The notes below the pieces were generated by a model. It saw only the letters and a program-made list of their open reading frames with translations. It did not search any database and was not told where the DNA came from. DNA of 64,000 bases from Solirubrobacterales bacterium. GTDB lineage: Bacteria; Actinomycetota; Thermoleophilia; Solirubrobacterales; 70-9. The number at the start of each line of letters is the position of its first letter. Position 1 is the first letter of the stretch. Of the stretch, positions 44,445-52,720 are shown in pieces. Both the position numbers and the translations under genes were made by a program. Location of the stretch: positions 2,885-66,884 of the forward strand of contig JBEVMR010000098.1 in the NCBI GenBank assembly GCA_040508545.1. Direction: 5' to 3'.

Positions 44445-45886
44445 GAGCTTGCCGGAACCACGGCAATGTCCTCCAAGGCGAATTTGCCGTTCGCGTCTTC
44501 CGGGTCACCCAACGGGTAGCGCCCCGTGAAGCAGGCGTCGCAGTGGTCCTCGGGCGGGGTGCCGATCGCCTCGTAGACCCCCTCCATCGAGAGGTAGGCG
44601 AGCGAGTCGGCGCCGAGCTCGTCGGCGATCTCCTCGATCGTCCGTTCGTGGGCGATCATCTCCTCGCGGGTCGACATGTCGACTCCGTAGTGACAGGGGT
44701 TGCGGATCGGCGGCGCCGAGATCCGCAGGTGAACCTCCTTGGCGCCGGCGTCGCGCAGCATGCCGACGATCTGCCGCGTCGTGTTGCCGCGCACGATCGA
44801 GTCGTCGACGACGACGATCCGCTGCCCGGCGACGATCTCCGGCAGCGGGTTGAACTTGAGCCGCAGCCCGTGCTTGCGCAGCTCCTGCCCCGGCTGGATG
44901 AAGGTGCGGGCGACGTAGCGGTTCTTGATCAGGCCGTCGTCGCGCGGCAGCCCCGAGGCACGCGAGAACCCGGCGGCCGCCGGGTTGCCGGAGTCCGGCA
45001 CCGAGATCACCAGGTCGGCATCGGCCGGCGCCTCGCGACAGAGGATTTCGCCCATCCGCCCGCGCACCTGCTGCAGCACCTTGCCCTCGAGGCGGCTGTC
45101 GGGGCGGGAGAAGTAGATGTGCTCGAAGACGCAGTGCGCCGGCCGGCCGGCCTTGACCACCTGGCGCGTCTCCAGGCCACGCTCGGTCAGCGAGACCATC
45201 TCGCCCGGGTGCACTTCGCGCAGCAGCTCGGCGCCGACGATGTCGAAGGCGCAGCTCTCCGAGGCGACGACGAAGCGATCGCCGAGGCGGCCCAGCGAGA
45301 GCGGTCGCACGCCGTGTGGGTCGCGGAAGGCGACGATCGCGTGCTTGGTCATCGCCACGGTCGAGTAGGCGCCCTCGAGGCGCGGCATCACCTCGGCGAC
45401 CGCGTCCTCGACGAACTTGCCGTCGTTGGAGGAGATCAACGCGGCGATGATCTCCGAGTCCGAGGTGCCGCGGAAGGCGATCCCGGCCTCCTTCAGCTCG
45501 CCCCAAAGCTCGACCGCGTTGGTCAGGTTGCCGTTGTGGGCGAGCGCCAGCTCGCGACCGTCGTCGCGCCAGACCGGCTGCGCGTTCTCCCAGGAGCCGC
45601 CGCCGGTGGTCGAGTAGCGCACGTGGCCGATCGCCATGTCGCCCTCCAGCGCCCGCAGCTTCTCCTCGTCGAAGACCTGGGAGACGAGGCCCGAATCCCG
45701 CATCGTGGTGATGTGACCGCCCTCGCAGGTGGCGATCCCGGCCGACTCCTGGCCGCGGTGCTGCAGCGCGTAGAGACCGAAGTAAGCGAGGCGAGCGACG
45801 TCATGGCCAGGCGCGTATACGCCGAACACCCCGCATTCCTCGCGCGGGCCATCGCGGTCTATCGGCTGCCCCTGGGGCGGAGTCAA
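44441..45886 (-). CDS. purF: Amidophosphoribosyltransferase
   Basis: ECGVFGV (Ntn Cys), LQHRGQESAGI, VVVDDSIVRGNT, C-terminal Cys ligands. Confidence 0.95.
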   Translation of the reverse strand: MTPPQGQPIDRDGPREECGVFGVYAPGHDVARLAYFGLYALQHRGQESAGIATCEGGHITTMRDSGLVSQVFDEEKLRALEGDMAIGHVRYSTTGGGSWENAQPVWRDDGRELALAHNGNLTNAVELWGELKEAGIAFRGTSDSEIIAALISSNDGKFVEDAVAEVMPRLEGAYSTVAMTKHAIVAFRDPHGVRPLSLGRLGDRFVVASESCAFDIVGAELLREVHPGEMVSLTERGLETRQVVKAGRPAHCVFEHIYFSRPDSRLEGKVLQQVRGRMGEILCREAPADADLVISVPDSGNPAAAGFSRASGLPRDDGLIKNRYVARTFIQPGQELRKHGLRLKFNPLPEIVAGQRIVVVDDSIVRGNTTRQIVGMLRDAGAKEVHLRISAPPIRNPCHYGVDMSTREEMIAHERTIEEIADELGADSLAYLSMEGVYEAIGTPPEDHCDACFTGRYPLGDPEDANGKFALEDIAVVPASS

Positions 45887-46031
45887 AGCGCGTGTTCCTC
45901 GCGTTGGAAAAAGGACGTGACGCGCAGGCAGACTGCCTACCCGGGGAGGGTAGCAACGAGGCCGGATCAGGCCTTATGCGGACGCGAGGCCCGAGGCGGA
46001 CGTGCTGCCACTTGAGCGTCCATATGGGTGC

Positions 46032-46661
46032 CTAAGTGACGGCACGTCCGGCGAGCAAGGAGTTGAGGGCCTGGTGGAGTCCCGCTACGGCTGAGTCGAG
46101 CGGAGCCTGATCGCCCGCGGCGCGGGCGCGGATCAGGGCGCCCTCGATCGTCGAGACGACCAGGCCGGCGAAGGCCTCGGCCTCTTTTGCCGGCACGCCT
46201 TCGTCGCGTAGCGCCGCTGCGATCGGTGCTTCCCAGCTCGCGAAGGCGGCGGTTGCCGCGGCGGCGAGGGCCGGGTCCTCGGGGCGGGCGAGGGCCGCGG
46301 CGGCGACGGGACAGCCGAGCCGCTCGGGCTTGTCCTTGACCCGGCGGCGGAACATCTCGCCGAACATCGTCAGCGTCTCGCCGAGGCCGCGCTCTTCCAG
46401 CGAGCGCTCGATCGCGGCGCGGATCTCTCGCCCCTCCGCCTCGGCGGCCTCGATCGCCAGCTGGCTCTTGCCGCCGGGGAAGTGGTGGTAGATCGAGCCG
46501 CGCGGGGCGTCGCCCACCTCGGCGACGTCGCGCAGCTCCATCCCCGCGTAGCCCTTCTCGGCGAGCAGCCGCCGCGCCCCTGCGATCAGGCGCTCGCGCC
46601 CGTCGCGGCGCTTCGGTTCGATCGCTTTCGCATCCGCAAGTCGCGTTATGCCCACGGACAT
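46032..46661 (-). CDS. TetR/AcrR family transcriptional regulator
   Basis: RLIAGARRLLAEKGYAGMELRDVAEVGDAPRGSIYHHFPGGKSQL. ATG at 46661, divergent from the MFS gene. Confidence 0.85.
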   Translation of the reverse strand: MSVGITRLADAKAIEPKRRDGRERLIAGARRLLAEKGYAGMELRDVAEVGDAPRGSIYHHFPGGKSQLAIEAAEAEGREIRAAIERSLEERGLGETLTMFGEMFRRRVKDKPERLGCPVAAAALARPEDPALAAAATAAFASWEAPIAAALRDEGVPAKEAEAFAGLVVSTIEGALIRARAAGDQAPLDSAVAGLHQALNSLLAGRAVT

Positions 46662-46680
46662 AGTATAGTCGCGCCGAACG

Positions 46681-48129
46681 ATGTATGACCGTGGACATAG
46701 AGCGAGCGTCGCGATCGCTTGTGCCGGCGCCTTTGTCGCCTTCCTCGACACGACGATCGTCAACATCGCCTTCCCCGACATCTCGGCCTCCTTCGCCGGC
46801 TCGGGGCGCGACGCGCTCTCCTGGGTGCTCGACGGCTACTTCGTCGTGATCGCCGCCTTGCTGGTCCCGGCCGGCGGCCTCGCCGACCGCTTCGGCCACA
46901 AGCGGATCTTCCTCGTCGGGGTTGGGGCCTTCACCGCCGCCAGCCTGCTCTGCGCGGTCGCGCCCAGCCTCGAGCTGTTGATCTCCTTCCGCGTCCTGCA
47001 GGGGGTCGGCGCGGCGCTGATCGCGCCTGCTTCGCTGGCGATCGTGCTCGACGCCTACCCGGTCGAGAAGCGCGCGACCGGCGTCGGCATCTGGGGCGCT
47101 GCGGCGGCGGCCGCCGCCGCAACCGGCCCGACCCTTGGCGGGGCGCTGGTCGAGCTCTCCGACTGGCGCCTCGTCTTCCTCGTCAACCTGCCGCTCGGCG
47201 CGGCGATCGTCTGGGCCGGCAGCCGCCACCTCGCCGAGCGGCCGATCCGCGACCACCGCCTGCCCGACCTGCCCGGCGCCCTGATGCTCGCCCTCGCCCT
47301 GGCCCTGATCACGCTCGGCATCGTCGAGGGCAACGACTGGGGCTGGACCGCTTCCGCAACCCTTGGCTCATTCGCCGCCGGCACTGTCTTGCTCGCCGCG
47401 ATGATCGCCCGCAGCCGCACCCACCCGCGCCCGATCGTCGAACCGGACCTCTTTGCCCACCGCTCCTTCCGCGTCGGCAACCTCGGCACGCTGCTCTTCT
47501 CCGCCGCCTTCTTCTCGATCGTGCTCGGCAACGTCGTCTTCCTCACCTCGATCTGGGGCTACACCGTGCTCCAGGCGGGCCTCGCGACCCTGCCGGGCCC
47601 CGCCTGGACGACGATCGTCTCCGGCCCCGCCGGCAAGCTCGCCGACCGCTTCGGCCAGCGCGCCGTCGTCGTCCCCGGCGCGCTGATCTTCGCCGCCGGG
47701 GTGATGGTTCTGCGCTCGGCCGGCGCCGAGCCCGACTGGCTCGGCCTCTGGCTGCCGGGAGCGACCCTGACCGGAATCGGCATCGGCCTCGCCTTCCCGA
47801 CCCTCGGCTCGGCCGCCGTGCGCGACGTCGACGTCGACCGCTTCGCCACGGCCAGCGCCGTCAACGCCGCCTTTCGTCAGATCGGCGCCGTGCTCGGCAC
47901 CGCGATCCTCGTCGCCATCGTCGGCGACCCCGCCACCCTCGCCGACGCCCTCGCGGTCTCCGACAGCGCCTACCTCTTCGCCGCGATCGCGGCGCTGCTC
48001 TCGGGCGCCGTCACCCTGCTGCTGCGGCCGGCGCCGAGTCCCGCCGGGTCAGGCTCTCGCCGCTCTCCGGATCGAAGAGATGCAGCTTCGACGTATCCGC
48101 CCATAGCTGAGCCCGCTCGCGACGCTTGA
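46681..48129 (+). CDS. MFS transporter, DHA2 (EmrB/QacA, 14-TMS) type
   Basis: 482 aa. FVAFLDTTIVNIAFPDI, LADRFGHKR, LQGVGAALIAP. Confidence 0.9.
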   Translation: MYDRGHRASVAIACAGAFVAFLDTTIVNIAFPDISASFAGSGRDALSWVLDGYFVVIAALLVPAGGLADRFGHKRIFLVGVGAFTAASLLCAVAPSLELLISFRVLQGVGAALIAPASLAIVLDAYPVEKRATGVGIWGAAAAAAAATGPTLGGALVELSDWRLVFLVNLPLGAAIVWAGSRHLAERPIRDHRLPDLPGALMLALALALITLGIVEGNDWGWTASATLGSFAAGTVLLAAMIARSRTHPRPIVEPDLFAHRSFRVGNLGTLLFSAAFFSIVLGNVVFLTSIWGYTVLQAGLATLPGPAWTTIVSGPAGKLADRFGQRAVVVPGALIFAAGVMVLRSAGAEPDWLGLWLPGATLTGIGIGLAFPTLGSAAVRDVDVDRFATASAVNAAFRQIGAVLGTAILVAIVGDPATLADALAVSDSAYLFAAIAALLSGAVTLLLRPAPSPAGSGSRRSPDRRDAASTYPPIAEPARDA

Positions 48130-49216
48130 TCTTGCTCGCCGGGTCGAGGCGGGCGACGATCTGCTCCTCGCCCTCGCGCAGGCTGGCCGCGCCGGTTTCG
48201 CCGATGCTCTCCTCCGCCAGGTCGGCGAGCTGGTCGGACTCGACCCCTTCGGACTCGACGTGGAAGTAGGCGTAGAGGTCCGATCCGAGCGACTCGACTA
48301 GGTCGATCTCGGCCTCGACCGTAACCCCGCGCCCGCGCTTCAGCTCGTCGTCGATCATCGCAGCGTCCTCGAAGCTCTCTGGCCGCAGCCCGGCGACGAC
48401 CTTGCCGTCGCTACGCCCGCGCGCCTCCTCCGGCAGCTCGGCCTCGCCGATCGGCAATACCACCTTGCCAGAATCTATCTCTGCCGGCATGAAGTTCATC
48501 GCCGGCGAGCCGATGAAGCCGGCGACGAAGAGGTTCACCGGGTCGTCGTAGAGCTCGGCCGGCGGGCCGACCTGCTGCAGGAGCCCGGCCCGCATCACCG
48601 CGACCCGGTCGCCGAGCGTCATCGCCTCGACCTGGTCGTGGGTGACGTAGACGGTCGTCGTCTCCAGGCGTGACTGCAGTTTCGCCACCTCGGTCCGCAT
48701 CTGCACGCGCAGCTTCGCGTCGAGGTTGGAGAGCGGCTCGTCCATCAGGAAGGCCTTCGGGTCGCGCACGATCGCCCGCCCCATCGCCACCCGCTGGCGC
48801 TGCCCGCCGGAGAGGTTGGCGGGGCGGCGGTCGAGGTGCTGGGTCAGGTCGAGCGTCTCCGCCGCCTCCTCGACCTGGCGGTTGATCTCGCCCTTCTCGG
48901 TGCCCGCCAGCTTCAGCGCGAAGCCCATGTTCTCGCGTACGGTCATGTGCGGGTATAGGGCGTAGTTCTGGAAGACCATCGCGACGTCGCGGTCCTTGGG
49001 GGCGCGGTCGTTGACGACCTCGCCGCCGATCTTCACCTCCCCGCTGGAGATGTCCTCGAGCCCGGCGATCATCCGCAGCGCCGTTGACTTGCCGCAGCCC
49101 GAGGGCCCGACGAGGATCATGAACTCACCGTCGCCGATCTCGAGGTTCATCTCCTTGACGGCTTCGAAGCCGTCGCCGAAGACCTTGGTTACTCGATCGA
49201 GGGTTATCTCTGACAT
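48011..49216 (-). CDS. Sugar ABC transporter ATP-binding protein (MsiK/UgpC/MalK type)
   Basis: MSEITLDRVTKVF..., GPSGCGKST, LSGGQRQRVA, FLMDEPLSNLD. ATG at 49216; the track ORF 48011..50041 runs into the permease gene in another frame. Confidence 0.9.
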   Translation of the reverse strand: MSEITLDRVTKVFGDGFEAVKEMNLEIGDGEFMILVGPSGCGKSTALRMIAGLEDISSGEVKIGGEVVNDRAPKDRDVAMVFQNYALYPHMTVRENMGFALKLAGTEKGEINRQVEEAAETLDLTQHLDRRPANLSGGQRQRVAMGRAIVRDPKAFLMDEPLSNLDAKLRVQMRTEVAKLQSRLETTTVYVTHDQVEAMTLGDRVAVMRAGLLQQVGPPAELYDDPVNLFVAGFIGSPAMNFMPAEIDSGKVVLPIGEAELPEEARGRSDGKVVAGLRPESFEDAAMIDDELKRGRGVTVEAEIDLVESLGSDLYAYFHVESEGVESDQLADLAEESIGETGAASLREGEEQIVARLDPASKIKRRERAQLWADTSKLHLFDPESGESLTRRDSAPAAAAG

Positions 49217-49227
49217 CAGGTGGCTCC

Positions 49228-50070
49228 TTATCCCTTCACGGCCCCGGCGGTGAGGCCGGAGACGATTCGGCGCTGGAATAACAGGACGAAGACGATGATC
49301 GGCACGGTTACGACGACCGCCGCCGCGGCGATGCTGCCGGTCGGCTGGGTGAAGGACGACTCGCCGGTGAAGAACGCCAGCGCGGCCGGCACCGTGCGCG
49401 ACGCGTCCGAGGAGGTCAGCGAGATCGCGAAGAGGAAGTCGTTCCAGGCGAAGATGAAGACGAGGATCGCCGCCGTGAACATGCCGGGCGCAGCCAGCGG
49501 CACGATCACCTTGGTGAAGGCCTGAAACGGGGTCGCCCCGTCGACCTGGGCCGCCTGCTCGAGCTCCCAGGGGATCTCGCGGAAGAAGGCGACGAGGACG
49601 TAGATCGCCAGCGGCAGCGAGAAGGTCAGGTAGGGGATGATCAGGCCCGGATAGGTGTCGTAGAGCCCGATCGCCCGCCACATGTCGAACAGCGGCCCGA
49701 CCGTGGAGATCGGCGGGAACATCGCAATCGCCAGCGCCCCGGCGAGGATCACTCGCTTGCCCGGGAATTCGAGCCGGGCGATCGCGTAGGCGGCGAAGGA
49801 GGCGAAGGTGATCGCGATCACCGTCGTGCTCAGCGCGATCAGGATCGAGTTGATCAGCGGCTTGATGAACGGGCTGTCGTCGATGCCCCCTTCGAACAGG
49901 CTCTTGTAGTTGTCGAAGGAGATCTCGCTGGGCAGGAAGTGCCCGTCGGTGACCGCGTCGGTCGGCTTCAGCGAGATCGAGATCAGCCAGACGACGGGGA
50001 CCAGGGCGACCACGATCACCGCCAGGATGGCGATGCTCCACAGTGCGTAATCGCGGCTTCCACGTTCCAT
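49228..50070 (-). CDS. Carbohydrate ABC transporter permease (MalG-like)
   Basis: 280 aa, 6 TMS, EAA-type loop [21 protein letters not shown]. Confidence 0.9.
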   Translation of the reverse strand: MERGSRDYALWSIAILAVIVVALVPVVWLISISLKPTDAVTDGHFLPSEISFDNYKSLFEGGIDDSPFIKPLINSILIALSTTVIAITFASFAAYAIARLEFPGKRVILAGALAIAMFPPISTVGPLFDMWRAIGLYDTYPGLIIPYLTFSLPLAIYVLVAFFREIPWELEQAAQVDGATPFQAFTKVIVPLAAPGMFTAAILVFIFAWNDFLFAISLTSSDASRTVPAALAFFTGESSFTQPTGSIAAAAVVVTVPIIVFVLLFQRRIVSGLTAGAVKG

Positions 50071-50071
50071 C

Positions 50072-50986
50072 TCAGCTACCTGGCCTTCCTTCCTCGACCC
50101 GCGCCCCGAACCCGCGCACGAAGACGAACGCGATCAGGAATACGCAGATGAAGATCAGCACCGAGACCGCCGAGCCGAGGCCGAGGTTGAGGCGCGAGAT
50201 CAGCTGGTTGAAGCCGAGGATCGAGACCGATTCGGTGTCCTGCGCACCGCGGGTCATGATGAAGATCGTGTCGAAGACGCGGAAGGCATCGAGCGTGCGG
50301 AAGAGCAGCGCGACGAGGATCGCCGGCTTCATCAGCGGCAGGGTGATCCGGGTGAAGCGCTGCCACGCCGACGCCCCGTCGACTTTTGCCGCCTCATACA
50401 GCTGGCTGTCGATCGTTACCAGCCCGGCCAGCAGCAGCAACGCCATGACCGGGGTCGTCTTCCAGACCTCGGCCATGATGATCACGGCGAAGGAGCTGAA
50501 GCGACCGCCGAACCAGTCCATGTCTTCGGCGATCAGCGGCAGGTTGTTGACGAAGCCGGTGTCCGGCGCGAAGGCGAACTGCCAGGCGAAGGCCGCGACC
50601 ACGGTGATGATCCCGTAGGGGATCAGGACCGAGGTGCGGACGATGCCGCGGCCGAAGATAGCCCGGTGCATCACCAGCGCGATCGCCATCCCAAGGACGA
50701 GCTCGATCGCGACCGAGGTGACCATCACGAAGACGGTGTTGAAGAGGTCGGTCCACCAGAGGTCGGAGCTGAGGATGGCGGTGTAGTTGTCGAGGCCGAC
50801 GAAGCCGCTTTGGTCGGGGAAGCGCAGGTCGATCTGCTGCAGCGAGAGGACGATCGCGTAGCCGATCGGGTAGGCGGTCACCGCCAGCATCGCGATCACC
50901 GCCGGGGCGCACAGCATCCAGGCCAGGCGGTGCTCGGAGCGGGTCCGCTGGCTACCTGCCGGCTGTGGCTGCACGCTCGCCTCCAT
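50072..50986 (-). CDS. Carbohydrate ABC transporter permease (MalF-like)
   Basis: 304 aa, EAA loop [21 protein letters not shown]. Confidence 0.9.
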   Translation of the reverse strand: MEASVQPQPAGSQRTRSEHRLAWMLCAPAVIAMLAVTAYPIGYAIVLSLQQIDLRFPDQSGFVGLDNYTAILSSDLWWTDLFNTVFVMVTSVAIELVLGMAIALVMHRAIFGRGIVRTSVLIPYGIITVVAAFAWQFAFAPDTGFVNNLPLIAEDMDWFGGRFSSFAVIIMAEVWKTTPVMALLLLAGLVTIDSQLYEAAKVDGASAWQRFTRITLPLMKPAILVALLFRTLDAFRVFDTIFIMTRGAQDTESVSILGFNQLISRLNLGLGSAVSVLIFICVFLIAFVFVRGFGARVEEGRPGS

Positions 50987-52266
50987 CAGAACAGCCCTTC
51001 GTGCTTGACCGCGTCTTCGAGGTTCGACTTCAGTTCCTCATAGATCGAGCTCGTGTCTTCGGGGTCGATCTTGTCGGGGGGGTGGAGCGTGCGCTGCACA
51101 GCAAGCGAGACGTCCTGGTAGGCGGGCGTCGTCGGCCGCGGGCCGGAGTCCTCGATCGATTTTTTGACCAGCTGCGCGAAACCGGGGAAGGCTTCGGTCA
51201 CCACTTTGTCTTCGTAGAGATCGGAGCGGGAGGGCGGCAGCCCGTCGAGTTCCGTCGCGGTCATCTGGCTCTTGCCGTTGGCCAGGCAGGCCGCCGCTTC
51301 GAAGGCGACATCCTTGTTCTCCGAGAAGGCGCTGACCGCGAGGTTGAAGCCGCCCAGCGGCGGTTTGCTCGGCAGGCTCGCCTCGACCCGGGGGAAGCGC
51401 GCGAAGCCCATCTCCTTGCCGATCTCCGGCGCTTCGGCCTGGGCGCTCGCGTAGGCGAAGGTGTAGTTGGTCATGAAGGCGGATTCGCCCGCCTCGAAGG
51501 CCAGCCGGGTCGTGTCCTCGTCGGAGGTGGAGAGGCTCGGCGGGGCAGCGGAGGAGTTCGCCAGCCTGCCGATCACCTCGAGCGCCTTTTCGGTCGGGCC
51601 CTCCTTCAGCTCGACCGCTTCCGGTCCCGAGAGGATCGGCGTCCCGGCGCTCTCGATCATCGCGTTGACCCAGACCATGAAGCCCTCGTAGCGGTTGGCC
51701 TGCACCTGGATCGTGCCGGCGTTTCCCGGGCCGAGCTTTTCCGCTTGGTCGATCATCTCGTCCCAGGTGCGGGGCGGTTTCGGGACCAGGTCCTTGCGAT
51801 ACCAGAGCAGCTGCGTATTGGTGTTGAACGGCGCCGCGTAGAGCTTGCCCTCGAAGGAAGCCGTCTCGATCACGTTGGAGAAGACCTTTTCGGTCACCTG
51901 TTTCTTCAACGGCCCCTTCCACTCTTCGACCCAGCCGGCGTTGGCGAACTCGCCGGTCCAGATCACGTCCATGCCGACGATGTCGATCGAGGGGTCCTCC
52001 GCGCCCAGCCTGCGGACGAGCTGTTCGCGCTGCTGGCTGGCGTCGGTCGGCAGGAATTCGGGTTCGACCGTGTATTTGCCTTTCGATTCTTCGCTGCAGC
52101 GTTTGGCCACTTCCTCGATCGAGCCACCCGGCTGGATTGCGACGAACCAGCTCAACTCTCGAGTGCCGGAGGCATTGGAGTCGCCGCCGCAACCACCAAG
52201 GGCGACGACCGCCAGCACCGTCGCCCCCAGGCAAAACAGGGCTGAGGTCGTCACCCGTGGTGTCAC
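50986..52266 (-). CDS. Extracellular sugar-binding lipoprotein of the ABC importer
   Basis: 426 aa. Lipobox VALGGCGG. Family-1 solute-binding features. GTG start with GGAGG 7 nt upstream. Confidence 0.9.
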   Translation of the reverse strand: MTPRVTTSALFCLGATVLAVVALGGCGGDSNASGTRELSWFVAIQPGGSIEEVAKRCSEESKGKYTVEPEFLPTDASQQREQLVRRLGAEDPSIDIVGMDVIWTGEFANAGWVEEWKGPLKKQVTEKVFSNVIETASFEGKLYAAPFNTNTQLLWYRKDLVPKPPRTWDEMIDQAEKLGPGNAGTIQVQANRYEGFMVWVNAMIESAGTPILSGPEAVELKEGPTEKALEVIGRLANSSAAPPSLSTSDEDTTRLAFEAGESAFMTNYTFAYASAQAEAPEIGKEMGFARFPRVEASLPSKPPLGGFNLAVSAFSENKDVAFEAAACLANGKSQMTATELDGLPPSRSDLYEDKVVTEAFPGFAQLVKKSIEDSGPRPTTPAYQDVSLAVQRTLHPPDKIDPEDTSSIYEELKSNLEDAVKHEGLF

Positions 52267-52273
52267 TCTCTTT

Positions 52274-52324
52274 CCTCCATCAGTGCACCCCTGCCATCCG
52301 GGAGTCTCAGGGGTGCACTGGAGG
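52274..52324 (-). promoter_or_regulatory. SD-sequestering hairpin / palindromic operator in the 5' leader of the sugar-binding protein gene
   Basis: A 12-bp perfect stem (agtgcacccctg / caggggtgcact) extends by 5 bp (cctcc/ggagg) after a 3-nt bulge. The 5-bp extension pairs the SD GGAGG. Confidence 0.55.
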
Positions 52325-52441
52325 AAATGCCCGGATCGGGCGGGGCTTAAACGGAGTAGGCAGAGCGGTGGCCACGGCCGTTTCCGGCGCTCTGCGGCCG
52401 GGTACCTACCGAGCAGGCAGCGCTACGGGAAGGAGCAACTC

Positions 52442-52720
52442 ATGGGGATCATCGGATGGATCGTGCTCGGACTGTGCGCCGGGGCGATAGCGAAGCTGAT
52501 CATGCCCGGCGAGGATCCGGGCGGCATCATCGTCACGATGTTGATCGGGATTGCCGGCGCCCTCGTCGGTGGGTTCATCGCCAGCGCCCTCGACATCGGC
52601 GACCTGGACGAGTTCTTCGACATCGGCACCTGGCTGATCGCGATCGGCGGCTCGCTCTTGCTGCTGTTCCTGTACCGGATGATTGCCGGGGACCGGACCG
52701 GCCGCGGCGCCTACCGCTGA
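52442..52720 (+). CDS. GlsB/YeaQ/YmgE family stress-response membrane protein
   Basis: MGIIGWIVLGLCAGAIAKLIMPG..GGIIVTMLIGIAGALVGGF is the family signature. Confidence 0.85.
   Translation: MGIIGWIVLGLCAGAIAKLIMPGEDPGGIIVTMLIGIAGALVGGFIASALDIGDLDEFFDIGTWLIAIGGSLLLLFLYRMIAGDRTGRGAYR

Noticed and set aside
43349-46015. 888-aa plus-strand ORF
   Set aside because: It is antisense to purF and overlaps the NMO gene in another frame. It has an Arg/Pro-rich nonsense composition, while purF motifs are clear on the minus strand.
48011-50041. Over-extended track ORFs: 48011..50041, 56487..58049, 33097..35619, 21621..23228, 19171..20109, 27905..29104, 52711..55170, 55613..56194, 46032..46781 and 25406..26890
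   Set aside because: The real genes occupy only the 3' parts. The upstream extensions overlap neighbouring genes and lose homology. I trimmed the starts to in-frame ATG/GTG/TTG codons consistent with homology and gene spacing.
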